Shown one piece after another: positions 1-10,630 of a DNA stretch of 64,000 nucleotides. Origin of the DNA: an uncultured Ignavibacteria bacterium (GTDB lineage Bacteria; Bacteroidota; Ignavibacteria; Kapaibacteriales; Kapaibacteriaceae); assembly GCA_903939735.1 (NCBI GenBank), contig CAJAIA010000001.1, positions 39,169 through 103,168 of the forward strand, read 5' to 3'. The translations under genes and the position numbers were made by a program. The notes beneath the pieces are model-generated. The model was not told the DNA's origin. It searched no databases and saw only the letters and a program-made list of their open reading frames with translations. The number at the start of each line of letters is the position of its first letter. The stretch's first letter is position 1.

Positions 1-680
1 ACGTAGAACATCCAGATCATTATCGATAGCGCGATGATCGATGCATAAAGCTTTGGCTCCCGCACGGCGCGCATACCATCACGTACGCTTGCAAGGATGC
101 TATGGAGTCGATCTGCCACGTTAGCATTCCACTTCCCCACTGTGAGTCGCACGAGCGCCGGACCCACATTCGTGAATACGACAACGACGAGGAATGCAAC
201 AAGGACAAGTGCAGGGATGCCGAGACGCATTGTCAGTGTCTCCATCGTCATGCCAGGAAGTACCTGATGTACAGCCTCAGGTGCGATAAGGACAACACCG
301 ACGATTGAGATAAGAAGCGTGAGGACGTCGATGACACGTTCCACGACGACGCTACTCATCGACAATGGAAGTGGTATCTGTTCACGTTGTGCAAAGATCC
401 ACGGACGAATCACTTCGCCCAGTCGCGGAATCACAGTATTGGCAGCATACCCAATCATCACTGACGAAAACGCGGTCGAGATCCGAACGTGCGGAGCAGC
501 GGGACGTAAAAGAATGCGCCAGCGGATCGCTCGAACGACATGCGACAGAACAATCAAGGGTACCGTTCCGGCAAGCACAAGAAGATTCGATTGTCCCATA
601 TACGACGCGACGTCTGCGAGATCTACTCCGCGCAGCAAGAACCACAACGCTCCTCCAACGAGCGCGAGACTCATGATCAT
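1..680 (-). CDS. Flippase-like / lysylphosphatidylglycerol-synthase TM-region (UPF0104) family membrane protein, 3'-partial (runs off window start)
   Basis: My own reverse-strand translation from the ATG (rc of 678-680) gives MIMSLALVGGALWFLLRGVDLADV...RAIRWRILL...GYAANTVIPRLGEVIRPWIF...ERVIDVLTLL, with no stop down to position 1. The R-W-x-LL and P-R-x-GE motifs are typical of the UPF0104/LPG_synthase_TM family. It is not in the ORF track because it has no stop inside the window. Confidence 0.6.
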   Translation of the reverse strand, partial: MIMSLALVGGALWFLLRGVDLADVASYMGQSNLLVLAGTVPLIVLSHVVRAIRWRILLRPAAPHVRISTAFSSVMIGYAANTVIPRLGEVIRPWIFAQREQIPLPLSMSSVVVERVIDVLTLLISIVGVVLIAPEAVHQVLPGMTMETLTMRLGIPALVLVAFLVVVVFTNVGPALVRLTVGKWNANVADRLHSILASVRDGMRAVREPKLYASIIALSIMIWMFY

Positions 681-700
681 GCGTATGATCGAGCGTCCGT

Positions 701-3550
701 TCACGACGTTGAACTCGCTCGTTTCTTCCGAACGGAAGTGCCGCGCTCAGCGAACAGTTTATGTAGGGCTTGTCCTGTAAAGGAACCTTCGACGGCAGCG
801 ACAGACGACGGCGTTCCGGTTGCGACAACACGACCACCCTGATTACCTCCACCAGGGCCCATATCGATGATCCAGTCGGCTGCAGCCATAACATGAACGT
901 TATGCTCAATCACAACCAATGTATGCCCCTGATCAACGAGCTTGTTAAACGCGTCTATAAGCGCTGATACGTCATGAACATGCAGTCCCGTGGTTGGTTC
1001 ATCGAACATAAAGAGAACCGACCCTTGTGCCTGCGTGTCCAGATGTGATGCGAGCTTGATACGCTGTGCTTCGCCACCACTGAGGTGTGTTGAGGGTTGA
1101 CCAAGGCGAATGTAACCGAGACCGACATCACGAAGAATGCGAAGTTTCGAGACGATGCGTGGATACTCGTCGAAGTGACCGATTGCTTCTTCGACGGTCA
1201 TTCCTAACACATCAATGATCGACTTACCCTTGTACAGGATGTGTTGTGCATCACGTTTGTACCGCGAGCCCAGGCAGCTCTCACACGGAAGTTCAATGTC
1301 GGGAAGGAACTGCATTTCGATCGTAACTGTGCCCGCCCCTTCACACACATCACATCGACCACCGGCAACATTGAACGAAAAATGTCCGGGCCGCCAGCCG
1401 AGTTGCTTGGCTGATTGTGTCGATGCGAAGACATCGCGAATCGCATCGAAGATCTTCGTGTACGTTGCTGGTGTCGAGCGGCTTGAGCGTCCAATCGGTG
1501 TTTGATCGATCATCTCAATACCGGTGATGTGCTCCAATCCATCGATGCGTTCGCATTGGCCCACTTCGCCAGAGTACCCCCCGAACATGCGCTGCACGCC
1601 TGCATAGAGCACGTCGTGCACAAGAGAGCTCTTTCCGGATCCAGATACGCCAGTGACGACAGTCATTGTTCCGAGTGGAATTGAGACGTCGTCACCACGA
1701 AGGTTATGATGATGCGGTTTGCGCACCGTGATCTGACGTCCATTACCCTTGCGATAGGTCTTCTTCACAGGTACTGATCGCGTACCACGCAGATACTCTG
1801 CCGTGAGGCTTTCGCCGCGCTCGATCATGGTTGTCAGTGAACCTTGGTAGACAACTTCACCGCCCTGCTCACCGGCACCAGGGCCGATGTCAACGATATA
1901 ATCTGCTGTGCGAATAACATCGAGATCGTGCTCGACGATCACGACCGTATTGCCCAGTCCGCGCAATTGTTGCAGAATGGAGAGCAAACGATCTGTATCA
2001 CGCGGGTGAAGACCGATGCTTGGTTCGTCGAGCACATAGAGCGTGCCAACAAGGGCCGATCCAAGCGATGTTGCGAGATTTATTCGCTGTGATTCACCAC
2101 CAGAAAGCGTGTGCGACAAACGATCAAGCGTAAGGTACTCGAGTCCGATATCACAGAGCACGTGAAGTCGGCGTCGGATCTCCGCAAGTATCTGTCCGAC
2201 GATTGACTCCTCGAATGGCGTGAGCATCAAATGATCGAAATGATCACGCGCTTCACCCAACGTCATCGCTACAACGTGTGGGATGTTTACACCACCAACG
2301 AACGCTTGACGCGCAGCCGTACGGAGACGCGAGCCTTCACACTTCGTGCAAGCCGTGTAACCGCGATAGCGACTCAGCATCACGCGATAATGCGTCTTGT
2401 AGGTCTTTTCTTCGAGCATCCGGAAGAACCCATCGACCCCGATGTAGCGTCCAAAGCCTGCCATCACGGCATGACGTTGCTCATCAGTGAGCTTGTAGAA
2501 TGGCACATCGAGCGGAATGTCTTCGAGGGGTGCTTCCGAAATCAATGTCTTGAGATATGCACCAAATGTCTCACCGCGAAACGGGTGCAATGCACCACGG
2601 CGTAGACTCAAATTCGTATCAGGAACAACAAGATTCATGTCAACACCAACACTTCTTCCGAAGCCTTGGCATGTTGGACATGCACCGAATGGACTATTAA
2701 ACGAGAACAATCGAGGCTCAGGTTCGATGTACTGCGTGCCTGTTCGTGCGCTTTCAAACCGTGAGGAGAAGAAATGATCTGCACCCGTCTTCACATCGCG
2801 CACAACACAACGTCCGCTCCCCGCCTCAAACGCCTGTTCGATAGAGTCCATGAGACGCGTTTGCGTCTCGTCATCATCTTTGATCACGATGCGATCAACG
2901 AGGACATACACCGCCATGCCTGTTGCTGGGAACTCACTCACATCATCAAGTTCAAGGATCTCTGTTGACGATCCCAGAACGAGACGTGAGAACCCCTTCG
3001 CACGAAGGCCCTCACGGACGATATCAAGTTCAGCATGTTCTTGTGGTAGTTCAGCCAAGATATAAATGCGAGCACCGGCAAGCGTCGACTGGAGATGCGT
3101 CGTCACCGACTGCGGATTATCCTTCCGGATTACTTCGCCCGTCTCCTTGTCAATCACCATTCCAATGCGACCATACAGCAGACGGAGGAAGTCATAGATC
3201 TCCGTCGTTGTTCCAACTGTCGAACGCGGGTTCTTCGCAAAGGTCTGTTGCTCAATTGCCACGGCCGGAGGCAAACCATGAATCGCATCTACATCCGGCT
3301 TATTCATGCGATCGAGAAACTGCCTGGCATATGCACTCAGTGATTCCACGAACCGACGTTGTCCCTCAGCATAGAGCGTATCGAATGCGAGACTCGACTT
3401 GCCGGACCCTGATAGCCCCGTGATAACAGTAAGGGCGTTCCGGGGAATCGTCACATCAACATTCTTGAGGTTGTTGACGCGGGCACCTGTGATCGACACA
3501 ACCTTTTGTGTGGATGTTGGCGGCGTTTGCGATTGAGAAAGGGGCTTCAC
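701..3550 (-). CDS. uvrA: Excinuclease ABC subunit A (UvrA)
   Basis: 949 aa. Two ABC ATPase modules with Walker A (GLSGSGKSSL, GVSGSGKSSL) and zinc-finger cysteines. Classic UvrA N-terminus VITGARVNNLKNVDVTIPRN. Confidence 0.95.
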   Translation of the reverse strand: MKPLSQSQTPPTSTQKVVSITGARVNNLKNVDVTIPRNALTVITGLSGSGKSSLAFDTLYAEGQRRFVESLSAYARQFLDRMNKPDVDAIHGLPPAVAIEQQTFAKNPRSTVGTTTEIYDFLRLLYGRIGMVIDKETGEVIRKDNPQSVTTHLQSTLAGARIYILAELPQEHAELDIVREGLRAKGFSRLVLGSSTEILELDDVSEFPATGMAVYVLVDRIVIKDDDETQTRLMDSIEQAFEAGSGRCVVRDVKTGADHFFSSRFESARTGTQYIEPEPRLFSFNSPFGACPTCQGFGRSVGVDMNLVVPDTNLSLRRGALHPFRGETFGAYLKTLISEAPLEDIPLDVPFYKLTDEQRHAVMAGFGRYIGVDGFFRMLEEKTYKTHYRVMLSRYRGYTACTKCEGSRLRTAARQAFVGGVNIPHVVAMTLGEARDHFDHLMLTPFEESIVGQILAEIRRRLHVLCDIGLEYLTLDRLSHTLSGGESQRINLATSLGSALVGTLYVLDEPSIGLHPRDTDRLLSILQQLRGLGNTVVIVEHDLDVIRTADYIVDIGPGAGEQGGEVVYQGSLTTMIERGESLTAEYLRGTRSVPVKKTYRKGNGRQITVRKPHHHNLRGDDVSIPLGTMTVVTGVSGSGKSSLVHDVLYAGVQRMFGGYSGEVGQCERIDGLEHITGIEMIDQTPIGRSSRSTPATYTKIFDAIRDVFASTQSAKQLGWRPGHFSFNVAGGRCDVCEGAGTVTIEMQFLPDIELPCESCLGSRYKRDAQHILYKGKSIIDVLGMTVEEAIGHFDEYPRIVSKLRILRDVGLGYIRLGQPSTHLSGGEAQRIKLASHLDTQAQGSVLFMFDEPTTGLHVHDVSALIDAFNKLVDQGHTLVVIEHNVHVMAAADWIIDMGPGGGNQGGRVVATGTPSSVAAVEGSFTGQALHKLFAERGTSVRKKRASSTS

Positions 3551-3766
3551 AGTGTGGATTTGGTGCGGCGAAACCTCAAAAATACGGTTTTTAGAGGCCT
3601 GCGATACGGATCATTCGGGGCGTGAAGTAAGGACCCAGGCTGGTCATGCGCCGAACAATCGCATGAACCACTGTCAAGTGATTGCTGGCACGGTACTTGC
3701 TTTATCTTCAAGAGTTCCGTAAACTTGTCCACTTGTTTCTAACGAATCGTATTTGGAGTCCCAATC

Positions 3767-3988
3767 ATGGCTCGTCGCTGTGAACTGACTGGTGTTGGTG
3801 TGATGTACGGCAATAATGTGTCGCACGCAAACAATAAGACACGTCGCCGTTTCCTTCCTAACATCCAAAAGAAGCGCATCTGGGTACCTGAAGAAGGTCG
3901 CTGGGTAACTGTGAAGATCACCGCAAGCGCCCTCAAGACGCTTGACAAGGTGGGCTACACAGCGATGAAGAAGCGCGCTGCGAAGTAA
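3767..3988 (+). CDS. rpmB: 50S ribosomal protein L28
   Basis: 73 aa, MARRCELTGVGVMYGNNVSHANNKTRRRFLPNIQKKRIWV matches the L28 consensus. GGAG-type RBS upstream. Confidence 0.9.
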   Translation: MARRCELTGVGVMYGNNVSHANNKTRRRFLPNIQKKRIWVPEEGRWVTVKITASALKTLDKVGYTAMKKRAAK

Positions 3989-4026
3989 AATCGTAACGCC
4001 CCACTCCGTGGGCTGCGTTCAATAAA

Positions 4027-4050
4027 AAGGCCGCCACGCGGCCTTTTTTC
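4027..4050 (+). terminator. Rho-independent terminator after rpmB
   Basis: GC-rich hairpin aaGGCCGCcacGCGGCCtt followed by a TTTTTT run, about 40 nt after the rpmB stop. Confidence 0.7.
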
Positions 4051-4097
4051 GTTGATACGATGTCATAAAACGACCCATTGGTACGTCATCATACACG

Positions 4098-5702
4098 ATG
4101 AAACGCTTCCAACGCTCACACGCCCTCGCAATACGTACTGCAGCCCTCTGCTGTATTGCTATCTGCGTATCGACAGCTTACGCCGTAGCGCAACCGCTCG
4201 ATTCTCTCGAGCGTGATCGCAAGGCTCGTGAGCTGTTCATCAATGGCACAACGCTCCAGATTCAAGGTAATCGTCACGCTGAAGCAATACTCGAGTTCCA
4301 ACAAGCACTCCGGTATGATTCATCGGCCGTGACACTGGCTGCAATTGCACGTAGCTACTTTGAGCTTCGCAAGCTTGAGCTCGCGCTTGAGTATGCCGAC
4401 GCTGCTGTTCAACGCGACTCAACGTCGCGTGATATCTGGGAGCTTATAGCGGAGATCGAGGTTCTTCGAGGCAGGTACGATGAAGGTATAGCCGCCTACG
4501 AGAGGATTCTGACGCTCAATCCTACACGACGCCAGCTCTATACGCTTGGGCGCTTGTACGAGCCGCGAAATGCAGCTAAAGCTATTGAGATGTTTGAACG
4601 TCTCAGTGCGTCACAACCAGATCCTACATTGCTGTTGCGCCTGGCCGACCTGTACGAGCGGCGACGCGATACAAAGGGCGTACTTCGCTCGCTGGACCGC
4701 GCACGAACAGCGGATCCCTTCGACCCACAGATTGCCGCTCGCTCCTGCGAAGTGTTTGTACGCGAGGCGATGTTCCCCGAACTCAATGCCGTGCTTTCGC
4801 AATGGAAACGGAGCGATCCAGAACTCGAACGCAGTGCACGAATTTGGGGCGTGACGTTCACGAGCTTACTCGAAGATTCTCTCGTCATGGCTCTACACGC
4901 AGATGCCATTACTCCCCTGCTCGATGATGCCTTAGCAAACTTTGCCAACGTGTGGCCAGTTATGGCCTTGGCAGGAACGGTAAGCGTTGCTCTCGACGAC
5001 ACAACACGCTCACGGTCCTTGTTCAATCAAACCGTACTTGCTTCGAATCATCGCGTTGAGAGTTACCTCGAGGTAGGACGAATCTATATCCTTCGCAACT
5101 ATCCGGCTCTTGCCGTTGACTATCTGCTCGAAGGACTGCGGAGGTATCCATCCGATGCTCGTTTCGCATTCATGCTTGGTGGTGCAAGCATCGAGCTTGA
5201 TCGCGATGACGATGCGATCTCATACTACACGGCAGCCGTCGAACTTGACCCGCGCATGGTAGACGCATGGGTGCAGCTCGCAATCCTGTATGATCAACGA
5301 GGCATGGCTGATAGCTCTGATGCACTATATCGTCGTGCTCTTCGACTCGAACCCGATAATGCGCTTGCATTGAACAATCTCAGCTACTCGCTTTCTCAAC
5401 GAAACACTCGTCTGGATGAAGCTCGAGCAATGGCCTGGCGCGCTGTTCAATCAGAACCACAGAACCCAGCCTACCTTGACACCTATGCCTGGGTGTTATA
5501 CAAGCTCGCTGAGTATCGGGAGGCACGCTTCTACATTGAGCGCGCCATTAGTGTGGGTGGAAATGCTACGCATTACGAGCACCTCGGCGATATCCTGCTT
5601 GCTCTTCAGGAACAGGCCGCTGCTCTGTCCGCATGGCGTCAGGCACTTGCTCGCGATCCATCACGGATACGAATTCAACAGAAAATCGATCAAAACAAAT
5701 AA
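4098..5702 (+). CDS. TPR-repeat protein with N-terminal signal peptide
   Basis: 534 aa. Hydrophobic N-terminus (AALCCIAICVSTAYAVAQP), then multiple 34-residue TPR-like units (A..Y..A, W..LA..Y patterns). Confidence 0.7.
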   Translation: MKRFQRSHALAIRTAALCCIAICVSTAYAVAQPLDSLERDRKARELFINGTTLQIQGNRHAEAILEFQQALRYDSSAVTLAAIARSYFELRKLELALEYADAAVQRDSTSRDIWELIAEIEVLRGRYDEGIAAYERILTLNPTRRQLYTLGRLYEPRNAAKAIEMFERLSASQPDPTLLLRLADLYERRRDTKGVLRSLDRARTADPFDPQIAARSCEVFVREAMFPELNAVLSQWKRSDPELERSARIWGVTFTSLLEDSLVMALHADAITPLLDDALANFANVWPVMALAGTVSVALDDTTRSRSLFNQTVLASNHRVESYLEVGRIYILRNYPALAVDYLLEGLRRYPSDARFAFMLGGASIELDRDDDAISYYTAAVELDPRMVDAWVQLAILYDQRGMADSSDALYRRALRLEPDNALALNNLSYSLSQRNTRLDEARAMAWRAVQSEPQNPAYLDTYAWVLYKLAEYREARFYIERAISVGGNATHYEHLGDILLALQEQAAALSAWRQALARDPSRIRIQQKIDQNK

Positions 5703-5719
5703 CACCACGAGATATCACA

Positions 5720-5911
5720 ATGACAACACCTACAAGTACAGATCCGAATGACTACGAAGTGCTAATTCGCCGGCGCGGTGAAGATGATTACGCTTCGTAC
5801 TGTCCGCAGCTTGCGCACATGATCAAGGGAACCGCACACGAAGAAGTTGAAGAGGCCATGAAGGCAATCGTTCTCGCATACATTGCTTCGCTTCAACAAC
5901 CAGCTGTCTAA
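5720..5911 (+). CDS. HicB-like / DUF1902 (UPF0150) antitoxin-fold small protein
   Basis: 64 aa from an internal ATG, 18 nt after the TPR gene stop. YEVLIRRRGEDDYASYCPQLAHMIKGTAHEEVEEAMKAIVLAYIASL fits the HicB/UPF0150 pattern (Y.V.I....DG.Y.A..P.L.G....G.T.EEA..N..EAI). No HicA partner is visible. Confidence 0.55.
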   Translation: MTTPTSTDPNDYEVLIRRRGEDDYASYCPQLAHMIKGTAHEEVEEAMKAIVLAYIASLQQPAV

Positions 5912-6427
5912 ATGTCCCTTCGGTCACATACCTACGTGTCCGGGCTTCGCTGGGAGACCCGTCTAGTGATCACGTACATTGTGTTCGCATGCAGCGCCGT
6001 TGTCACAATGCTTAACGTTGAACCGGTTGCAGCATACATCGTGCTTGGTACGTTATGCATCGTGGGCACTGCACTTGCAGCGACCTTGCGGTCTCTCCTC
6101 CGAGACGACTACCTACACACGACGCCCGCTGTTACAGTCGTGGCGCTCGTGCCGCCCTTTTCGCTGGCTACCGTTCATGTTGGTATGATATCATCATGGA
6201 TGCAGCGCGTGGGGTTTGGCGCGCCAATGCGAATTGGCGTTACGTCCGTGCTTCTGTGGTTGGTAGTATCGGTTGGACTTCACTGTTCGCTAGCAGAGAG
6301 TGCGCTGTTGCTTGCAGCAAGCATAACCACCGCCGCGTTGCGAAACCTGGCGCCAACTTCCCTGTACCTAGTTCCGTGGGTTGCTGTGACCTTTGGTGTC
6401 ATCATAACCAGGGCGATGCATCCATGA
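5912..6427 (+). CDS. Polytopic membrane protein (4-5 predicted TM helices), unknown function
   Basis: 171 aa, strongly hydrophobic. Its ATG directly abuts the stop of the HicB-like ORF, and its stop overlaps the next gene's start (ATGA). Confidence 0.5.
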   Translation: MSLRSHTYVSGLRWETRLVITYIVFACSAVVTMLNVEPVAAYIVLGTLCIVGTALAATLRSLLRDDYLHTTPAVTVVALVPPFSLATVHVGMISSWMQRVGFGAPMRIGVTSVLLWLVVSVGLHCSLAESALLLAASITTAALRNLAPTSLYLVPWVAVTFGVIITRAMHP

Positions 6428-7257
6428 TGAATCACTGGCTCGTTCGAATTCTGGTGTTCGTGGTAGCCATTTGTGCACCGTTTGCTGCAATCTTCGTTGT
6501 TGAGTTCGAACCTGAGGATGCACTCAACATCCAGGCGCTGATGTACGGAATTGCCTGCATTGCTGTAGTTGCGATCGAGCATGGAAGACGTGGAAGCACG
6601 ATGATAGCATCGGGATTGCTCCCCACACCGTGGTCACCACGTCTTGTGTTGTATGGTGTGCTGTGGGCAGCCCTCGCCGCAAGCGTCGTGTTATCTGCCG
6701 CACTGCTTGCCGGCGGCTCGATGGAAGCGCTCGCCGCACCTTCGGTAACCGTACCAGGACTGACGAGCATTGTTTTGTTCGCCATCGGCGAGGAAGTCGT
6801 CTTTCGTGGAACGATCCTCGAGGCCCTCAATGAGCGCTTTGGATCCGTTGTGTCTGTTTCGATAACCAGTGCGCTGTTTGCAGCAGCCCATGCTGGCAAT
6901 CCTGGTGCATCGATCATCAGTACCGTCAATGTTGGTCTTGCAGGTATGGCCCTGGGATGGATGGTCCTCACGACATCCTCGCTATGGACCGCGATAGGTT
7001 TCCATGTTGTCTGGAATCTTCTCCTCGCTGCTGTATTTGGTGTGGTAAGCGGCATTGATCTTGGCGTTGGCATTGTGAAGCTCAATACCGACGCGGTCTC
7101 ATCCGATCTTCGCCCATGGATTACGGGCACATTCGGTGTCGAAGAAGGGTACGTCACGACCATCGTACTGACTCTCTCAGTGGTGTTCCTAACGCGAGTT
7201 ATCCCCTACGATCCTTACGTACGCGCTGCACGATTACGGCGTGCATTTTCGTCTTGA
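6424..7257 (+). CDS. CPBP family intramembrane glutamic endopeptidase (CAAX protease / Abi-type)
   Basis: Internal start MMNHWLV at 6424, overlapping the upstream stop as ATGA. Carries the CPBP motifs EEVVFRG (EExxxR), FAAAHAGN (FxxxH) and FHVVWNLL (HxxxN). The longer 6055-start ORF overlaps the upstream gene and was rejected. Confidence 0.8.
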   Translation: MMNHWLVRILVFVVAICAPFAAIFVVEFEPEDALNIQALMYGIACIAVVAIEHGRRGSTMIASGLLPTPWSPRLVLYGVLWAALAASVVLSAALLAGGSMEALAAPSVTVPGLTSIVLFAIGEEVVFRGTILEALNERFGSVVSVSITSALFAAAHAGNPGASIISTVNVGLAGMALGWMVLTTSSLWTAIGFHVVWNLLLAAVFGVVSGIDLGVGIVKLNTDAVSSDLRPWITGTFGVEEGYVTTIVLTLSVVFLTRVIPYDPYVRAARLRRAFSS

Positions 7258-7289
7258 ACTTAGTTGTGTTCAACCACTACGTTTGCACT

Positions 7290-8441
7290 ATGAAGAGCCT
7301 TCGAATACTGATCGTCTGCCTCCTCGCGAGCGTCGCGCCGTTACAAGCGCAATGGGTTTCGATGAAATCCGATGGTGACTCGATTCTCCAACGAGGCATA
7401 CGCTTCATTTACAACGTCGAGTTTGACCAAGCGCACAACGAGTTTTCTAAGGTCATCGCGTTATACCCGACACATCCGGCTGGCTACTTCCTCGATGCGA
7501 TGGTCGAATGGTGGCGCATCAACCTAGACCAGAAAACAACGTCCTATGATGGACTCTTCCTCCAGAAGATCGATCGAGTCCTAGCGGTATGCGACCGTCG
7601 TCTTGATTCCATGCCGAAGGATGTCGCGGCCCTCTTCTTCAAGGGCGGAGCCATAGGCTTCCGCGGACGGTACCATATCACGCGGAACAACTATTTCAGT
7701 GCTGCCGACGATGGGCGTATTGCACTTGGCATTCTGCAGGATTGCTATCGAATTGCTCCTGGCAATCACGATGTGATGCTGGGTACTGGGATCTACAATT
7801 ACTTCTCGGTTGCTATTCCTGAGCGACGTCCAGCGCTGAGTACGCTGATGATGTTCCTTCCGTCAGGTGACAAGCAACTTGGTCTAGCACAACTCAAGGC
7901 TGCTGCGCGGCAAGCACGGTATGCCGCAGTTGAAGCCAAGGTGATTCTCATTCAAGCCTACACGGACTTTGAATGGAATCTTCTCGAAGCCATGATCTAT
8001 GCTCGTGATCTTCATCAGAGCTATCCGAAGAATCCAGCGTTTCAACGTGCTTATGGACGCTGTCTTGTTGGACTTGGACCTCGTGATTCCGCAGAGCTCT
8101 GCTGGAGGGATGTGCTTGTAAAGTACATGGATAAGAAATTCGGCTACGACCGACTTGCCGCTCGCGAAGCACTCTATTACGTCGGCATATGCCGTTTGCA
8201 GTCACGTGATTTCCCAGTAGCGCTGAAGTATCTGTCGAAGTGCTACGAGGCCAGTGTTGTCCTCGACAAGGACGAACCGACGGGTCTGATGGTTAAGGCG
8301 TACCTGCGCATGGGACAGATCTATGATGCACAGGGTAAACGCGCGGTAGCGCTCAGTCACTACAAGAAGGTGCTCGATTGGCCCGATTGGTCGCAGTCCC
8401 ACGCGGAGGCCAGGCGCTATATGAATACACCCTATCGGTAG
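7290..8441 (+). CDS. Secreted TPR-like repeat protein (signal peptide MKSLRILIVCLLASVAPLQA)
   Basis: 383 aa from the internal ATG, with signal peptide and AQ cleavage site. Helical-repeat composition. The annotated 7116 start overlaps the CPBP gene. Confidence 0.6.
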   Translation: MKSLRILIVCLLASVAPLQAQWVSMKSDGDSILQRGIRFIYNVEFDQAHNEFSKVIALYPTHPAGYFLDAMVEWWRINLDQKTTSYDGLFLQKIDRVLAVCDRRLDSMPKDVAALFFKGGAIGFRGRYHITRNNYFSAADDGRIALGILQDCYRIAPGNHDVMLGTGIYNYFSVAIPERRPALSTLMMFLPSGDKQLGLAQLKAAARQARYAAVEAKVILIQAYTDFEWNLLEAMIYARDLHQSYPKNPAFQRAYGRCLVGLGPRDSAELCWRDVLVKYMDKKFGYDRLAAREALYYVGICRLQSRDFPVALKYLSKCYEASVVLDKDEPTGLMVKAYLRMGQIYDAQGKRAVALSHYKKVLDWPDWSQSHAEARRYMNTPYR

Positions 8442-8485
8442 CCAGTCGATGCGTATTTTTGCGCATTGATCATCGATGCTAGGCA

Positions 8486-10630
8486 GTGATGAATACTGAT
8501 ATCACACCGTGGTTGGAACTCGCACAGCGTGAGCTCAAGGGTAAGGATCCAGACACACTCAATCGTGTCTCTGCCGAAGGGATAACGGTAAAGCCGTTGT
8601 ACACTGCTGCTGATCTTGATCAGCTTGCCAATGTGAACTCCCTACCGGGGTTGTTCCCATATCTCCGCGGACCGTATGCGACGATGTATACGAATCGTCC
8701 ATGGACGATCCGTCAGTATGCGGGGTTCTCAACTGCTGAGGCATCAAACGCATTCTACCGGAAAGCGCTCGAGAGTGGACAGAAGGGGCTCTCTGTAGCT
8801 TTCGATCTGGCTACCCACCGTGGCTATGATAGCGATCATCCTCGCGTGGTGGGAGACGTGGGTAAGGCGGGCGTTGCTATCGATTCTGTTGAAGACATGA
8901 AGATCCTCTTCAACGAGATCCCGCTCGATACAATGAGTGTATCGATGACGATGAACGGCGCGGTAATCCCAATCTTGGCGATGTTCATTGTCGCGGCCGA
9001 AGAACAAGGCGTTTCTCGCGATAAACTTTCAGGAACGATCCAGAACGACATCCTGAAAGAGTTCATGGTGCGGAACACCTACATTTACCCGCCAGAGCCG
9101 TCGATGCGTATCGTCGCCGATATCATCGAATACACGAGCAAGGAGATGCCCCGTTTCAACAGCATTTCCATCAGTGGCTATCACATGCATGAGGCAGGAG
9201 CTACCGCGGTCCAGGAGTTAGCATATACCATCGCCGATGGCATGGAGTATGTGCGAATTGCACTGCAACGTGGCATGAGTGTCGATGCCTTTGCTCCCCG
9301 ACTTTCCTTCTTCTTCGCAATTGGCATGAACTTCTTCATGGAAGTAGCCAAGCTCCGTGCAGCACGTGTTCTCTGGGCAACGGCGATGAAGCAATTCAAT
9401 CCTCAGCGGACCGACTCCCTGCTTCTTCGCACGCACTGTCAGACATCAGGATGGTCGCTCTCTGCCCAGGATCCGTATAACAACATCGTCCGAACAACGA
9501 TTGAAGCGATGGCTGCAGTGCTCGGTGGAACACAGTCACTGCATACGAACTCGTTTGACGAAGCACTTGGTCTTCCAACAGAGCAATCAGCACGCGTTGC
9601 GCGCAATACACAGCTGATCATCGCCGAAGAGTCGCACATCACTGAGGTTGCCGATCCACTAGGCGGTTCGTATTACGTGGAAGCGCTCACAGAAGCGTTG
9701 GTACGTGAGGCATCAACCATCATTGCAGATGTTGAATCGTATGGTGGGATGACACGTGCGATCAATGCCGGTATCCCCAAGATGAAGATTGAAGAGTCTG
9801 CTGCTCGTCGGCAGGCGAAGATTGATCAAGGACATGAAGTGATTGTCGGCGTCAACAAGTATCAGTTGGCACACGAACCAGAGATCGACGTTCTCGACAT
9901 CGACAATACGGCCGTTCGTGAATCGCAGATTACGCGTTTGGCATCGATTCGTGCCTCACGCGATGCCGAGGCAGTTGCTCATGCGCTCGACGCACTTCGT
10001 GATGGTGCACGTACAGGTGAAGGTAATCTTCTCGAGCTCGCTGTGCAGGCTGCGCGCCTGCGCGCAACTGTTGGTGAGATATCTGATGCCATGGCTGATG
10101 TATTTACGCGGTATGAGGCACACACTATGACAATCGAAGGTGTCTATGGTGCAGAGTATGCCAACGACACGGCCTATAACGCTCTGCGTGCAGATGTTGC
10201 TGCGTTCGAACAAGAGTTCGGACGTCGTCCTCGCATCCTGGTAGCTAAGCTTGGTCAGGACGGACATGATCGCGGCGCCAAGGTCATTGCAACGTCGTTT
10301 GCTGATATTGGCTTTGATGTTGATATCGGACCCTTGTTTGCGACGCCCGAGGAGGCAGCACGTCAGGCGATAGATAATGATGTTCACATCGTCGGTGTCT
10401 CAAGTCAGGCAGCTGGGCATAAGACGCTTATTCCTCAGCTTGTTGAAGCACTTCGCACCGAAGGTGCCTCAGATATCATGGTGATTGCAGGCGGTGTCAT
10501 TCCGCCGAAGGACTACGATCAACTCCACAACGCTGGCGTTGCCTTGATCTTCGGTCCGGGCACAAACATCATTGAAGCAGCACAGACAACAGTGAACGCC
10601 ATACGAACACAGCTTCGGTCGCAGTCATGA
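8486..10630 (+). CDS. Methylmalonyl-CoA mutase, large (alpha) subunit with C-terminal B12-binding domain
   Basis: 714 aa. [31 protein letters not shown] motif, TIM-barrel substrate domain, and C-terminal Rossmann B12-binding domain ([35 protein letters not shown]...[13 protein letters not shown]). Confidence 0.95.
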   Translation: MMNTDITPWLELAQRELKGKDPDTLNRVSAEGITVKPLYTAADLDQLANVNSLPGLFPYLRGPYATMYTNRPWTIRQYAGFSTAEASNAFYRKALESGQKGLSVAFDLATHRGYDSDHPRVVGDVGKAGVAIDSVEDMKILFNEIPLDTMSVSMTMNGAVIPILAMFIVAAEEQGVSRDKLSGTIQNDILKEFMVRNTYIYPPEPSMRIVADIIEYTSKEMPRFNSISISGYHMHEAGATAVQELAYTIADGMEYVRIALQRGMSVDAFAPRLSFFFAIGMNFFMEVAKLRAARVLWATAMKQFNPQRTDSLLLRTHCQTSGWSLSAQDPYNNIVRTTIEAMAAVLGGTQSLHTNSFDEALGLPTEQSARVARNTQLIIAEESHITEVADPLGGSYYVEALTEALVREASTIIADVESYGGMTRAINAGIPKMKIEESAARRQAKIDQGHEVIVGVNKYQLAHEPEIDVLDIDNTAVRESQITRLASIRASRDAEAVAHALDALRDGARTGEGNLLELAVQAARLRATVGEISDAMADVFTRYEAHTMTIEGVYGAEYANDTAYNALRADVAAFEQEFGRRPRILVAKLGQDGHDRGAKVIATSFADIGFDVDIGPLFATPEEAARQAIDNDVHIVGVSSQAAGHKTLIPQLVEALRTEGASDIMVIAGGVIPPKDYDQLHNAGVALIFGPGTNIIEAAQTTVNAIRTQLRSQS

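Noticed and set aside
319-909. ORFs 319..780 (+), 365..676 (+), 382..909 (-)
   Set aside because: They overlap the uvrA 3' end and the flippase-like gene, and have no homology.
6055-7257. 400-aa version of the CPBP protease ORF
   Set aside because: The first 123 codons overlap the upstream membrane-protein gene in another frame. The CPBP-homologous region begins at the internal MMNHW start (6424), which overlaps the upstream stop as ATGA.
7116-8441. 441-aa version of the TPR-like secreted protein
   Set aside because: The N-terminal extension overlaps the end of the CPBP gene. An internal Met at 7290 is followed by a canonical signal peptide.
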